From assembly GCF_963921235.1 (NCBI RefSeq), contig NC_086118.1, positions 27,592,001-27,656,000 of the forward strand: a DNA stretch of 64,000 nucleotides. The letters run 5' to 3'. Positions 63,862 through 64,000 of the stretch are shown in pieces; within the stretch, counting starts at the first letter, position 1; each line of letters begins with the position of its first letter. This DNA comes from Mobula hypostoma (Eukaryota). A model generated the notes under the pieces. The model did no database searches. It saw nothing but the letters and a program-made list of their open reading frames with translations, and was not told the DNA's origin. The position numbers and the translations under genes were made by a program.

Positions 63862-64000
63862 TCACAAACAAGAGAAAATCTGCAGATGCAGGGAAGATTA
63901 AAGCTTCTTCAGGGTAGGCATCCCTGGAAGAGACTTCGCAGAACTGCTGAAGGTTTTCGGCCTGAAACATCGACTGTATTCTTTTCCTAGATGCTGCCTG
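63862..64000. mobile_element. PLE-terminus-derived palindromic insertion, cut by the window end
   Basis: 'acaaacaagagaaaatctgcagatgc...ctgctgaaggttttcggcctgaaacatcgactgt...agatgctgcctg'. Confidence 0.7.

Overview
This is eukaryotic, gene-poor (intronic or intergenic) DNA. The repeat families point to a cartilaginous fish, probably a ray or skate (inference). I found no host protein-coding exon I can support, and every recognisable ORF is retroelement- or transposon-derived. Retroelements: many CR1 LINEs (one at 13205-15975 retains a ~890-codon EN-RT ORF2 broken by a single in-frame stop), Rex1/Babar fragments, an RTE/BovB-clade insertion, Penelope-like element (PLE) fragments with GIY-YIG remnants, tRNA-derived and Deu-type SINE remnants, and a solo LTR. 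DNA transposon derivatives: a mariner fold-back, a Tc1 derivative, a hAT composite and two Harbinger-like MITEs. There is also one tRNA-Thr(AGT) gene. The most striking signal is a family of short (~185-245 bp) palindromic insertions, each flanked by a 14-15 bp target-site duplication (TSD). They derive from PLE termini, and the best copy carries a minimal hammerhead-ribozyme motif on both strands. Family assignments come from motif recognition by eye, not from database searches, and the boundaries of degraded copies are approximate.
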